Positions 41,183-52,900 of a DNA stretch of 64,000 nucleotides are shown here, piece by piece. Under the pieces are notes generated by a model that saw only the letters and a program-made list of their open reading frames with translations, searched no databases and was not told where the DNA came from. Where the stretch lies: positions 4,712,001 through 4,776,000 of the forward strand of contig NC_134025.1 of assembly GCF_964204645.1 (NCBI RefSeq), read 5' to 3'. Every line of letters starts with the position of its first letter. Within the stretch, counting starts at the first letter, position 1. Position numbers and translations under genes: made by a program. The stretch is from Tubulanus polymorphus. Its lineage: Eukaryota; Animalia; Nemertea.

Positions 41183-42301
41183 ATGCTCGCCGACAACACA
41201 ACTGGAATTTTAGAATCTAATACGACGAATTCCTCTTCAAATTCCAGCGTTGATATTTTCGAACTCAACGAAACACCAGAAGCTATCATAGCACCGATCG
41301 TATTCCTTATCATATTCGTTATAGGTGTCGCTGGAAATGGTACCTTAATTTTTACAGTAGTTCGTAATAAGTCAATGCGTAACGTGCCGAATATTTTCAT
41401 ACTGAGTCTTGCAGCTGGAGATCTCACTCTGATTCTAGTATCTGTACCCTGCACCTCTACTATCTATACATTTACGAACTGGCCGTACGGAGTGGTGATG
41501 TGCAAAATTAATGTTTTCCTCCAAACAATGTCGCTAGGCGTCTCTGTGTTTACGCTGGTGGCGCTCGCTGGTGACCGATTCACCGCCATCGTGAATCCCA
41601 TGAGAAAGCACATGGGAAACCCAGTCGCCCGGACTGTTGTGATGGCTACCTCGATTTGGGTCGTATCATTCTTACTAGCTATTCCCGATGCGGTCTCCGC
41701 TCATATCTTTCCAGCACGTGACAAATATGGAGTAATACGATTATATCTATGTAATGATTTCAGGCAGGAATGGGGTTCATTGTACCCAAAAGCGCACTCC
41801 ATCTTTCGTCTGCTGGTTTATTTCATCATACCTATTTTGGTAATTAGCGGGTTCTATGCTGCTATTGCTAATATATTGATGCGTAGTTCCTATCAGATAC
41901 CTGGCGAAGTATCGAGTCAAGCAAATCACGGCAAACAGATCGAGGCGCGAAAGAAAGTCGCGAAAGTTGTCCTGAGCTTGGTTGTAATTTTTGTTATTTG
42001 TTGGTTGCCACGCCACATTTTCGTAATGTGGTTCCATTTCGACCCGGGAGATTATAGCGATTTCTGGCATGCCTTCAAAGTTTTCGGGTTTGTGATGAGT
42101 TACATAAACTCATGCGTCAACCCCATAACATTGTACTTTCTCAGTAAGCAATTCAGAAAGTATTACAATCGATACCTGTTCTGTTGTTGCGCAAAGAGGC
42201 GGTCTCCAGTTGAAGGATCAACTTCAATGTACAACTTCAACAGCACAGTTCGTCGTACCAGTACCACCATGACAATGTTACCCCATTCTCAATCTGTATA
42301 G
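41183..42301 (+). CDS. Neuropeptide GPCR of the CCHamide / excitatory peptide (GGNG) / bombesin-endothelin receptor family; single coding exon
   Basis: 372 aa with an N-glycosylated N-terminus, NKSMRNVPNIFILSLAAGDL, SLGVSVFTLVALAGDRF, RKKVAKVVL, CWLPRH and NSCVNPITLYFLS, characteristic of GRPR/CCHa receptors. Acceptor AG at 41141-41142. Confidence 0.9.
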   Translation: MLADNTTGILESNTTNSSSNSSVDIFELNETPEAIIAPIVFLIIFVIGVAGNGTLIFTVVRNKSMRNVPNIFILSLAAGDLTLILVSVPCTSTIYTFTNWPYGVVMCKINVFLQTMSLGVSVFTLVALAGDRFTAIVNPMRKHMGNPVARTVVMATSIWVVSFLLAIPDAVSAHIFPARDKYGVIRLYLCNDFRQEWGSLYPKAHSIFRLLVYFIIPILVISGFYAAIANILMRSSYQIPGEVSSQANHGKQIEARKKVAKVVLSLVVIFVICWLPRHIFVMWFHFDPGDYSDFWHAFKVFGFVMSYINSCVNPITLYFLSKQFRKYYNRYLFCCCAKRRSPVEGSTSMYNFNSTVRRTSTTMTMLPHSQSV

Positions 42302-43217
42302 ACTTGTCCACGTAGGGAACTGCTCAAAGAGATTTTTGGTAACTGTTGCTTCGAACGATAACGGCAGTTAGGAGAGCTGCCTGATGGTATTCACAATACA
42401 TTCATGATGTAAATTCATTCAGTGTTCATTCCTGTAAATAAACATGATTAATCAAAAGAGATCCATCCTATGTCACTAGAGGCGCATTCGTAATCATTAC
42501 AGATAGCGTTGCAGTAAGTAGCGCTTTAGTATATAATATATGTTATTACCAAACTAATAAGGAACATTCTACGAAGGGAGGAAAAATAATGGAAATTAAT
42601 GTTCATTAGTGTGTATATTCATTTACATAACTTCTGTACATCTATGATACATTTCCGCGTTTGGATATTTGATCATATTGAATTACACTCGAAAAGTGTG
42701 CGCACAATATCAGCACTGGAGAGTCGTCTGAACTGTACCTCCCAATGATATTGTATAATTCCGGGGCAGTTTCATTAGTTTTTTGTACCCCTGTTTATTG
42801 AAATAATAAATCGTTCTTGGATATGAATCATTATACAGACAACATGCTCAAAATGCGGGAGAGAAAATGCGTGACACTGCACTATTGCGTACATTAATCT
42901 TGTGGAGGATCAGCGCCGTATAATAATTGTATTCATGCTAATGGCTATATCATATATATTGAAAGTGAAATCAACCCTCAAATCAACATCAGATTAGTGT
43001 TCAGGCTTTGATAACTTCGTGCGTTTTTTATTCCTACACATGCTACATAAGTTTACACGTTGCATGAAAATGATCACGATTCAAAATATGCTGTGTGAAA
43101 CGAAGATACTAAATCACGTCGTCTATTCTACGAAAAAGCATTCTCTGTTCCTCGGACTTAGAAAACTAATACACAAGCATTGTAATTCCGAAAGGTAAAC
43201 TTCATTTTCAAAACTCA

Positions 43218-43256
43218 ACTCCTGACGATGGCAGAATAAACGTCGAAATATTGAGT
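43218..43256 (+). ncRNA. Minimal type I hammerhead ribozyme motif (Penelope-like element/retrozyme type)
   Basis: acuc-CUGACGA-u-ggc(agaauaaac)guc-GAAAUAUU-gagu. Intact core, 4-bp stem I, palindromic AUAU stem III. Distal 9-bp pairing aacttcatt (43198-43206) / aatgaagtt (43263-43271). Confidence 0.65.
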
Positions 43257-46200
43257 CTTAATAATGAAGTTAACTCGCGTATTACTTGAAAATTATCTGT
43301 AGAAATAATGGACTCTGAAAACTAGTCTTGGAAATCATCCCACGACATCTTTCTAACTTGGAATGAAGGAATATCCAATATTGTTTGACATCGTTGAGAA
43401 CGTTTGACGATAATTATCTATAACCCTTATCAACAGTCTTTGAAAAGATTTTTGTACAGATGCTTCAGACATCAAATTTTAATATATACTGTTTATGACT
43501 TTGTGAAATTACCTGTTGTTCGATTCAGAATGCTAATATCAAACCCCTGTATGTTTATCTGAGGACTTTATGTTATAGATTATGGTATAATTGAAATCTG
43601 TTGAAAATGGTTGTCTAGTATTCAAACTTTCGTATGGAAAAAGTCCTAACTGTATCACTCGATTAGCATTGTACAATCCTTGTTAAATTTGTACGCATTA
43701 GATACATATAGATGTTGATTGCATAATCGCTGTTTCTATATTTACTGTTTTGAAACATTGATGAGTATTGTTGTCTTTTACTGTTGTGAAACGAAAATAA
43801 ACTCTGTCTCAATCAGATATGGTTGGATCGCATTCATGATCTCCATATTACTGCTGTGTTTATACAGGAAAAGTCGTGCTTTAGAACTAAACATTTGTAG
43901 ATGCACTTGAAATCTGGCGAAATTTTGCTGTTGGGGCAATTAGTTAATAGTTTTAGAATACAATTCCCAAACTGGTTTGATATGTGCTTCGATATTGACT
44001 CTTTTGAATGAAATGGCACTGCTTTGGGAAAAGATCTCATTCAAAAACAAAACAGAAAAAAGCTTATTGCTACTTAATGCACTTATATAAGCGCTGGTTC
44101 GAGTTGGAAAACATGTATCATATTTGGCGCAGTGAATATGAAGTCTTTGACGCCTAAGAATCCGAGTTAAACCCCGAAGTCTTATAAAATCCCCAGGTAA
44201 GAATAGATAACGATTTACGAATAACAGTGAACAAGATGGCCTGGCCGTACAGTCTTCTAAGCCGTTGGTCATTCCCGTTGAGATGCTAAACTGCCAGTGG
44301 TATTAATCTCTGCGCGGATAAAGGTGTTTCTTCCAACACACACCACATTGAGTACCACTCGTACCAGGAATGGTAAATCTTTTAGTAGTGCAGACACCTG
44401 AATTCACTGGATTCAAGATTATGTCCTTAAACGCAACCACAGCCGTGAAGAAATACATTTCTAAACCGATTCCAGCTTTTTGTTGCTGGATGCCAATTCG
44501 GAAATCTAATTCTATCTTAGTAACTAGTAGTAACAACGTATGCGACATAGTTGATGAGCAACTGTTCGGGATGTATGTAAAAACGTTATGGAACAGAAAT
44601 TGCGAATTGATTCGTAAATTCGGATTATGGCCCTAAAGGCGGGGTGAGCATTTAATGAGACCATGACCCAATCAGAAACGTCAAGATTGCGCAGCGTGAT
44701 GTATTTCGCCTTGTTCTCGATGTTATAACATTGCGGGGAACTATTTTAATGAGAGTCCACGCTTTGATGTGCGGTGGTGAGGAGATGTTGGTCCCAATAG
44801 AATGGAGATTTCACTTGGCGAATCATGAAAAATATATTTCCCAGTCTGCAACACAGCCGATTAACGTAGTTTGAATTTTCTGATTCTTTAATTTTTTATA
44901 AATTTCAAGCCACACAATACATGATAGTTACAGCTCTAGAAATCTGACTTATCTCCTCACTCGGAAAAAAGTTTGGTTCCATATTCAAAACCTTAACCGA
45001 GACGACATTTTTTCCATGCCCATTTAAAGCAGCAACATAACTTTTTATCCTCGCGATTTCTCTCAACATACCGAAAGAGCATTTTGTCACAGTGTTGATG
45101 GGCTGAATGTGAAATGTGCCTAACCATGAATAAGATAAAAAAAACCGCCTATTGAATGCTGCACATTAACTGATAACTGAATCCAGTCAGAGCTTCGGAG
45201 TTATTCTTGCTCTTTACGGATACATATTCTTGATGCGCTGAGTGGGAACACTAGTTAGGCGATTCGATCTCTGCATAGCTTGGTGGCATGGATAATAACA
45301 CACTGTTTCAGAACGATGATGGAATTATTTGATGGTCTTTTTAAAAAGCGTCAATATAACCAATCCGTAAAATGGAAATATCTACCTGTGGCTGGGGAAA
45401 TCACAGAATAGATTGATAAATATTTTCCCAAATAACTATTTGTTATTTGCTTTCGTCAAACGCGTGGACACCCATTTATTTACTATATTTTGGTTTCTAA
45501 TTCGCACTTCGATTAAGCACCCATCTGGCTCAAATATCGTGGAGAACTTCATTACAGTAATTCCTAAAGCGAATATGCCAAAAAATCATTTTAATTTAGA
45601 AACGTTTTGAAATTGTTATTTGCAATATCCTGTGAATTTATTTTCATGTCTTGATTCTACAGTAAAGCCCCAAAAAGAATGGTTTAAGAAGTAAAATCTT
45701 CATTTTAAAGGATCATTCGTCTCAAAATGAACTGGATGTACTTAGGATTCATAATGAATGTATGGAGCCATTAAACAAGGTATTAGAGTTTATATTACCC
45801 CATTAAATCAATTTTAATCATAAACCCCAGTAGCTACGGTGCATCAGTACAAGGGTGACATAAATAACCGATATGACTGGGTTTCAAACGAAAGAAGATT
45901 AACTGTCACAGTTTTATCGCATATTTTCCTTGCATGACGCCGTTATAGCGTCTGACTCAGTAACTACACCAGGTAGTTTTGCTATATTATGTCATTCATG
46001 AGTATGAAAGACTATTTGCCGAACCATATCAAATACATTTGTGTAACGGTCCACGTGCATGTATGGATCGACGTATTAATTAAGGCACTAACTAAACTAG
46101 TTAACTAGTAGCACATTTTTCCTGCTCTGGAACTCACGCAAAGATGATTGACTCAACATAATGTAAATGTCATTGATGGTAATTTCCTGGTCGATTGAAT

Positions 46201-47472
46201 GAATTAAATTTAGTGCGTAAAAGTGGTATTTTGGTAAAATAGATTTTTGCCGAGGGGTATAAACGAGGATTCACGTAAGATTTAATAATTAATGAACAAA
46301 AAACCTTCCCACTACAAGCCGCAAATATACGTCTAGTTGTCTGATGATGAATTCTCACAGATTTTCAAGTGATGTAAATGGTTGGACGCAAGTTTTCGCG
46401 AATATCTCGCAAGTCCTGACGAGATTTACGCTTCGAGACATCTTGAGAATGTCTGATGAATAATTGACTAAGTGTAATCATTGCGATGCGTCGATATTCT
46501 CTCCACGGTATAGAAGTTCTTTAATTCTCTAACTTATTCACCTCGAAATTAAAACCAATGCAATATGATTTGCAAAGTAATTTTCATCACGACACACGCT
46601 CTGTTTACCACCGAGGGCAGTCGGTTTTTCTCCATGGAAATCAAATGTTAATCATTTTGCTTTAAGAAATTTGAAAGTTTTAGAAAAAAAACGACATCGT
46701 TGTGGATTTTCGGAGTCATTGTGTAGAACATGTGTTTGGCATTTCTCCCGAGGCTGACAACTTCGATTTATCTTCTGTGTCGAGTTAATCGAAGCGCATT
46801 CGTCGAAAGCAATTGTTTTAGTCTGTACAATTAATCAAAGATAACACGATAACCAAGCGGATTAATTTAAATTACGACCGCCGTAAACAGTTGAGACACG
46901 TTGGAAGTATGCTGTGTATTCAAATTTGTTGGTAATGATCTATTGGTCCGGTGTGCTGGAAAGGCAACTCACGACAAAAACGGTCTTTTAAGCGGAAAAA
47001 TTTAATGAACAACGTAACATACAAAAGATAAAACAATTAAACAATAGTTGATTTTCTATTATCGAACAATATGATTTGTGACGAGCTGCAACATCTCGTA
47101 CTGAATAAGAAGTATACCGAATAACGACTTTGAGCATATACATGTATATTCATAAAGCACAACCTATTATTACTTATATATCAATCAAATACTATATCAA
47201 TCGATGAGACGTGAAATATTTCTGACCGATAAAAACTCATTTAGCATCTTACAGTAGCTTTCAGGCAACAACGTGTGAAATAACGAGAGAAACAGAAATA
47301 GCCGGTTTCACAACAGATCAACGATAGCGTTCTTCCATCATGAATCTGAAAAACGAATGAGACTATTACACGGACTTTTTGGTCTTGGCGCTAGATTTTC
47401 AATTCATTATTTTAAAATGATTGAGTTGCCGGGGCGGGCGTAGGAAAACCCTGTTAATACTAACCATGGTTA

Positions 47473-47518
47473 GGCTAACCATGGACGTATAATCTAGTTT
47501 ATACGTCCATCAGCTAAC
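47473..47518. mobile_element. 32-bp CATGG-terminated inverted repeat between 7-bp near-direct repeats; putative P-superfamily excision footprint
   Basis: ggctaac-catggacgtataa tctagt ttatacgtccatc-agctaac (12-bp perfect arms, flanks match 6/7). The right arm recurs as tagtttatacgtccatg at 11999-12015. Confidence 0.58.
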
Positions 47519-49938
47519 ATGGTTTTCCTGCGCCTGGCCCTGATTGGTACGAGAACATTTCTCTTACCTTCATACAAGTTATGTATTGTCCGTCTGCGCC
47601 CATATCTATAATCACTACGCTGTAAAACATGAATGCGAAAATTGAATATAAAGCTCTGGTGAAAAATGAAAAATACGAGAATAACAACAACATGTTCATC
47701 GCCCTCAGGATATCACTACGGAATTCGGAACATTCGGAATATTTGACTACACATGGGAAGTGTGTCGTACGACCGTTTCTTTCACGATCATCGCAGGCTG
47801 ACGTCGAGATTTTATCCATCTCGGAAAGGTAAAACATATGAAACTGCGCATTCATATCTATCGAAAGATATCCAAGATATATATACACACATCTACACGG
47901 ACACATTTAGACAGACCTTTTACGTATATGCAAGTCTTTTGTGTTGTTTTAAATATACATTTCGTCCGATGTCGTAGTTTTGTTGTGCGGTGCCAAAGAA
48001 GACAAAGAAAATTAACTAAAGCAATAAGCACAGCTCGGGATTTATCTTGCGAGGAACATTGAAATGTATGTAGACGTTATCTTAACACACTTACGAAATG
48101 GAAGCTACAATAATGTTGTTTATTGATAAGATAAATACATCTTAACATCTTAGACATTTTAGTTCCGTTTAGATTCGGTACAATTTATGCATCACCTTAG
48201 CCTATTTCTTGACTAAATTGCAAAGTCTTTAAGATATTTTTTCATTTGAACATAACAGTCAAGAACAAATGCATTACGAAACCGAGGATCTCTACGATTC
48301 ATCTATCATCATCTACGTACCCTTTCCTTTTCTCCGCGAAAATGACGTAAGATCTAAGAAAGCGGCGCAGAAACTAGATAGCTGGCTGGTTGGTACTGAT
48401 AACTATACGGAATATGTCACGGTCCATCTCCATCAATCTTGCATTCTTCTTTAAACTTGTTTTTATTTTTTAACTCATGTTCGCGCGTTACAACAGGAGC
48501 TGGTTTGTTTGCTCATTTCAGTTATTTTCAATGCAACTATACTGACGAAATCAATGTAGTACATGTATTTTGATTGCACGAGCTTATATATTATATAGAT
48601 CTGTCTATAACTGTAAATTATGGACGATGTTTATTCTATGTCCGCTCAATTCATTTCGAATACCAAATAAAATCAATATATCTTTGATGAATAACTTATC
48701 TCTCTAATCTATGTATTTAGATATATGACTAAATAAGTATGTTCATAGCAAGTTCAGAGTGTGTTTCTACTTCTACTTTCTGTTTCTTCTTGTAACAAAA
48801 TGGTGACTTTTTTCCGAGATACGAGCAGTGGGTTTCCATACTAGACATGCAAAGGATGTTAAGTAAAGCTTACATAGATATGATGTGCATACATGCAACT
48901 GTAGAAGTTAGTTTGCGAAAAAAAGTAAAACTAAACTGAAGAGCAGCTATGGAGGTGGCACAGCACAACAATCTAACGTACCTTACTTAACAAAACAAAA
49001 TAATATGTCCGCAATGTTCAGCTTCACAAGAGAATTCGACGAAAACTCGAATTTGTTATTTAGTTCATCAAATACAGGTTTATCATTTTAAGGAGGTTTA
49101 TTTTGATACCAAGCTAAAGCGTAGAGGTCTGGAATATCAAACGGTAATATGCTTATCGGTAAAAGGTACACAAGGCGAAAATCGTTGAATGCGTTTGAAA
49201 AAAATCAATTTTTATTTCTCCGCAGAAATTAACATGAAAACTAATCTAAATATATACATGTGTAGAAAATCTGTATTCTATTCGAAATATTTGGATTATT
49301 TGTCGTCTAGTTTGAGCATGATTCTAATATGTTGGTTAGATTTTAAGTGTTTCTTGCATTGTTCTTCGTAGATCAAACTATCATGAACCTAAACAAAAGG
49401 GGTACCGATTATGTGCATACATAATATTTAAATGAAGCTATAAATTGATGATACAAACATAAAAATTCGGTAAAATATTTGATTACATGAATCAAGCATA
49501 GAAACTGAAATGGTCAAAATTGTATAAAGTTACAAAGATAAATGTTTGGCTACAAATTGAGGTAATATAAAGTAATAATTTAACAAATTATATGATATAG
49601 ATGGATATACTAAAACGAATCGTAGATTAAGAAAGGGCTTCCTTTCACTATATTTCATCCGAATTAAAGAAAATAATCGAAATATTTCGGATTGGATGAC
49701 TAGATTCAAATGATCAAATATTATTTCATGTATCATCTTGTGAGATCTTATGAAAGGAAGTCCCGAGGAATCCAAAAACTGAGTGCGTGTACATAGAATA
49801 GCGAAAACCGAAAAGGATATACCACGGAAGCGGTTATACTTATTGTGTCAGGGCATCCACTAATACTTTATGAGCTGACGCTTAATGAAAACAATGAACC
49901 TAAGGTAGCCAGCTACCTATTATATGTATTATTCACAT

Positions 49939-52900
49939 TTAATCAATGAAGGCGCGTTCAGGCAAACTGTAGGATCTTGGAAGCGGGGGCCGAGGGGGAG
50001 GCACATCACTATCGTCAGATCCTATTGAACCTACTGAAGATGCTGGCTCTAAGGGTGCTGCTAGCGGTGCTGCCATTTCGGCAGACAATGCCGAAGAAGA
50101 TTTCGTAAATCGTTTGAATTGAAACAATGGCTTTGATATCTTCTTATACTTTGGTGGTTCTATTGCATTGAATTGCATCGGTGCTGAGGAGGGCAGAGAC
50201 TTGCTGTAATGATCTTTAAAATGTTTCATCTTCCGTTTATTATCTTTCATTTGCTCCTTTTCAAGCTCTTTTCGTAACTTCTTTTCTTTTTTCTGACGCT
50301 TCTTTAATTCCTTTTCATTCGGCTCCGATTCAACAGAGCTCCAAGATTTTACACTCACCGGCGTCGAGGGAGAATTTCCACATGGATCCATGAACGATGT
50401 GGATGATTCAGAGCTTAAACTTAACAGCGATGAGATATCAGGACGTTTCCTTCTTGCTAGATCCTTTGTTTGCTTCTTGGAAGGGTCTGCCTCAGCGGCA
50501 CTTTCCTTCTTCGATTTTCCAAGCCGACTTAGATAGCATTGAAGTCGTTTACCAACAGTCCTTGGGGGAGGTTTAGGTGGTTCAGCACATATATCAATAC
50601 TTGCTTCCCGAATGGGATCGAGACAATACAGATCAGAACTATACATCTCGGTACCAACGGAAACAGCCTTGTCAGCTGTTTCAATTGTCCTTTTAATCGA
50701 CCCGGTATCATCTCGGGAGTGGTATGCACTCCCAAGTGATGGCTTCGGCCCAAAGCCAATGACAATACCATAACCATGGCGTGCAGGAGCCCCATATCCA
50801 ATTGATCCAATGGAACCTTTCCTCAACGATTTTGATGATACGAGTGACATCGGCATGTTTACCATATTTATATCCGTCAGTGATGAACTATTCGATGTTT
50901 CTGGTTTTGAAGGCAATGAATAACGCCTACAAGGCGAAGCTAATAATATTTTGCGAGTGTCCGCACCAACATTCACACTTGTAAAAGCATTCAAATCTTC
51001 AGTTCCAACATGTTTATCCAATTTTACGATATTTTCAGTGACGAGTTTATAACTTTGATTCGAATGCGATCCATTTTTGGTCGTATTACATACTTCGTAT
51101 ACAGGATCACGACCATTCGAAATCAGTTTAACACCATCACGCTGTATATTCTCAGAATTTAGTGATTGTCCTTTCTGTGTCCAATCATCCACCATTATCG
51201 GTGTCTCCTGCACAGATGCATCTGACATATCAGGTCTTATTTCAATGCTGATATCCTCCGTAGCTGGTTTTTCGGATCGTTTACGCAGTTTGGTCATGGT
51301 TCCAACCTCCCTTATTCCATGACATCCAGTGGAAGTTGCAGCATCACAGATGTCAGGTTGGTCGGTTAGTGTTTCTTTGGTAGAAGTACGCGGTCTAACG
51401 TAAACCCCAAAGTTCTTTTGAATAATGTGCTCCGTCATCATTGAATTATCTACACTAAAAACCGAGCGACTGTCGTCTCCTGATCTACGATCAATCTTTT
51501 CAACGTAGTCGGTGTTTAGTTCGACATCTTGCAGTTCGACTGTTCTAGCATCACAACCAGCATCACTGGTATCGTGGACTAGTGCATCGCACGCTTTGTC
51601 ACTGGCAGTGCTAACCGAACCACTACATTCGACGGATTTCATCAGACCTAATGCGTATTGGTCGACAAACGTAATTTCATCCTGACACACAGGGAATACG
51701 CCAACTGCAACATTCACATAACTTTTCATATCGGATTGCGTTTCAGCATCACTTGTCAAAGCCATGAAACAATCGTCTCCTATTTCGGCATCAACCATAT
51801 TTACAGGTTCACTATTAGAAGCCTCGTCTTTCATCTCACGAACTTCTGCAGATCCCTCACCACAAGAACTATCGCACATCTGTACTATAGATCCCTCACC
51901 ACAAGAACTATCACACATCTGTACTATAGATCCCTCACCACAAGAACTATCACACATCTGTACTACCGATCCCTCACCACAAGAACTATCGCACATCTGT
52001 ACTATAGATCCCTCACCACAAGAACTATCACACATCTGTACTACCGATCCCTCACCACAAGAACTATCACACATCTGTACGATAGATCCATCACCACAAG
52101 AACTATCACACATCTGTTCTATAGATCCCTCACCACAAGAACTATCACACATCTGTACTATAGATCCCTCACCACAAGAACTATCACACATCAGTACTAC
52201 TGATCCCTCACCACAAGAACTATCGCACATCTGTACTACCGATCCTTCACCACAAGAACTATCGCACATCTGTACTATAGATCCCTCACCACAAGAACTA
52301 TCACACATCTGTACGATAGATCCCTCACCACAAGAACTATCACACATCTGTACTATAGATCCCTCACCACAAGAACTATCACACATCTGTACGATAGATC
52401 CCTCACCACAAGAACTATCACACATCTGTACGATAGATCCCTCACCACAAGAACTATCACACATCTGTACGATAGATCCCTCACCACAAGAATTATCACA
52501 CATCTGTACGATAGATCCCTCACCACAAGAACTATCACACATCTGTACTACCGATCCCTCACCACAAGAACTATCACACATCTGTACTATAGATCCCTCA
52601 CCACAAGAACTATCGCACATCTGTACTATAGATCCCTCACCACAAGAACTATCACACATCTGTACTATAGATCCCTCACCACAAGAACTATCACACATCT
52701 GTACGATAGATCCCTCACCACAAGAACTATCACACATCTGTACGATAGATCCCTCACCACAAGAACTATCACACATCTGAACGATAGATCCCTCACCACA
52801 AGAATTATCACACATCTGTACGATAGATCCCTCACCACAAGAACTATCACACATCTGTACTACCGATCCCTCACCACAAGAACTATCACACATCTGTACT

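Noticed and set aside
46405-46450. ctgacgag...cgagac, and similarly ctgatga...cgataa at ~58718, as further hammerheads
   Set aside because: The GAAA core is mutated and the stems are weak. At best these are dead relics.
51658-52850. Long plus-strand ORFs (338 aa DPSPQELSHICTI repeats; 181 aa) and short alternate-frame ORFs over the minisatellite
   Set aside because: They are shadows of a 39-bp unit that is stop-free in several frames. Only the minus-strand frame is continuous with the TRIM ORF, and the 338-aa frame is broken by a change that is synonymous in the TRIM frame.
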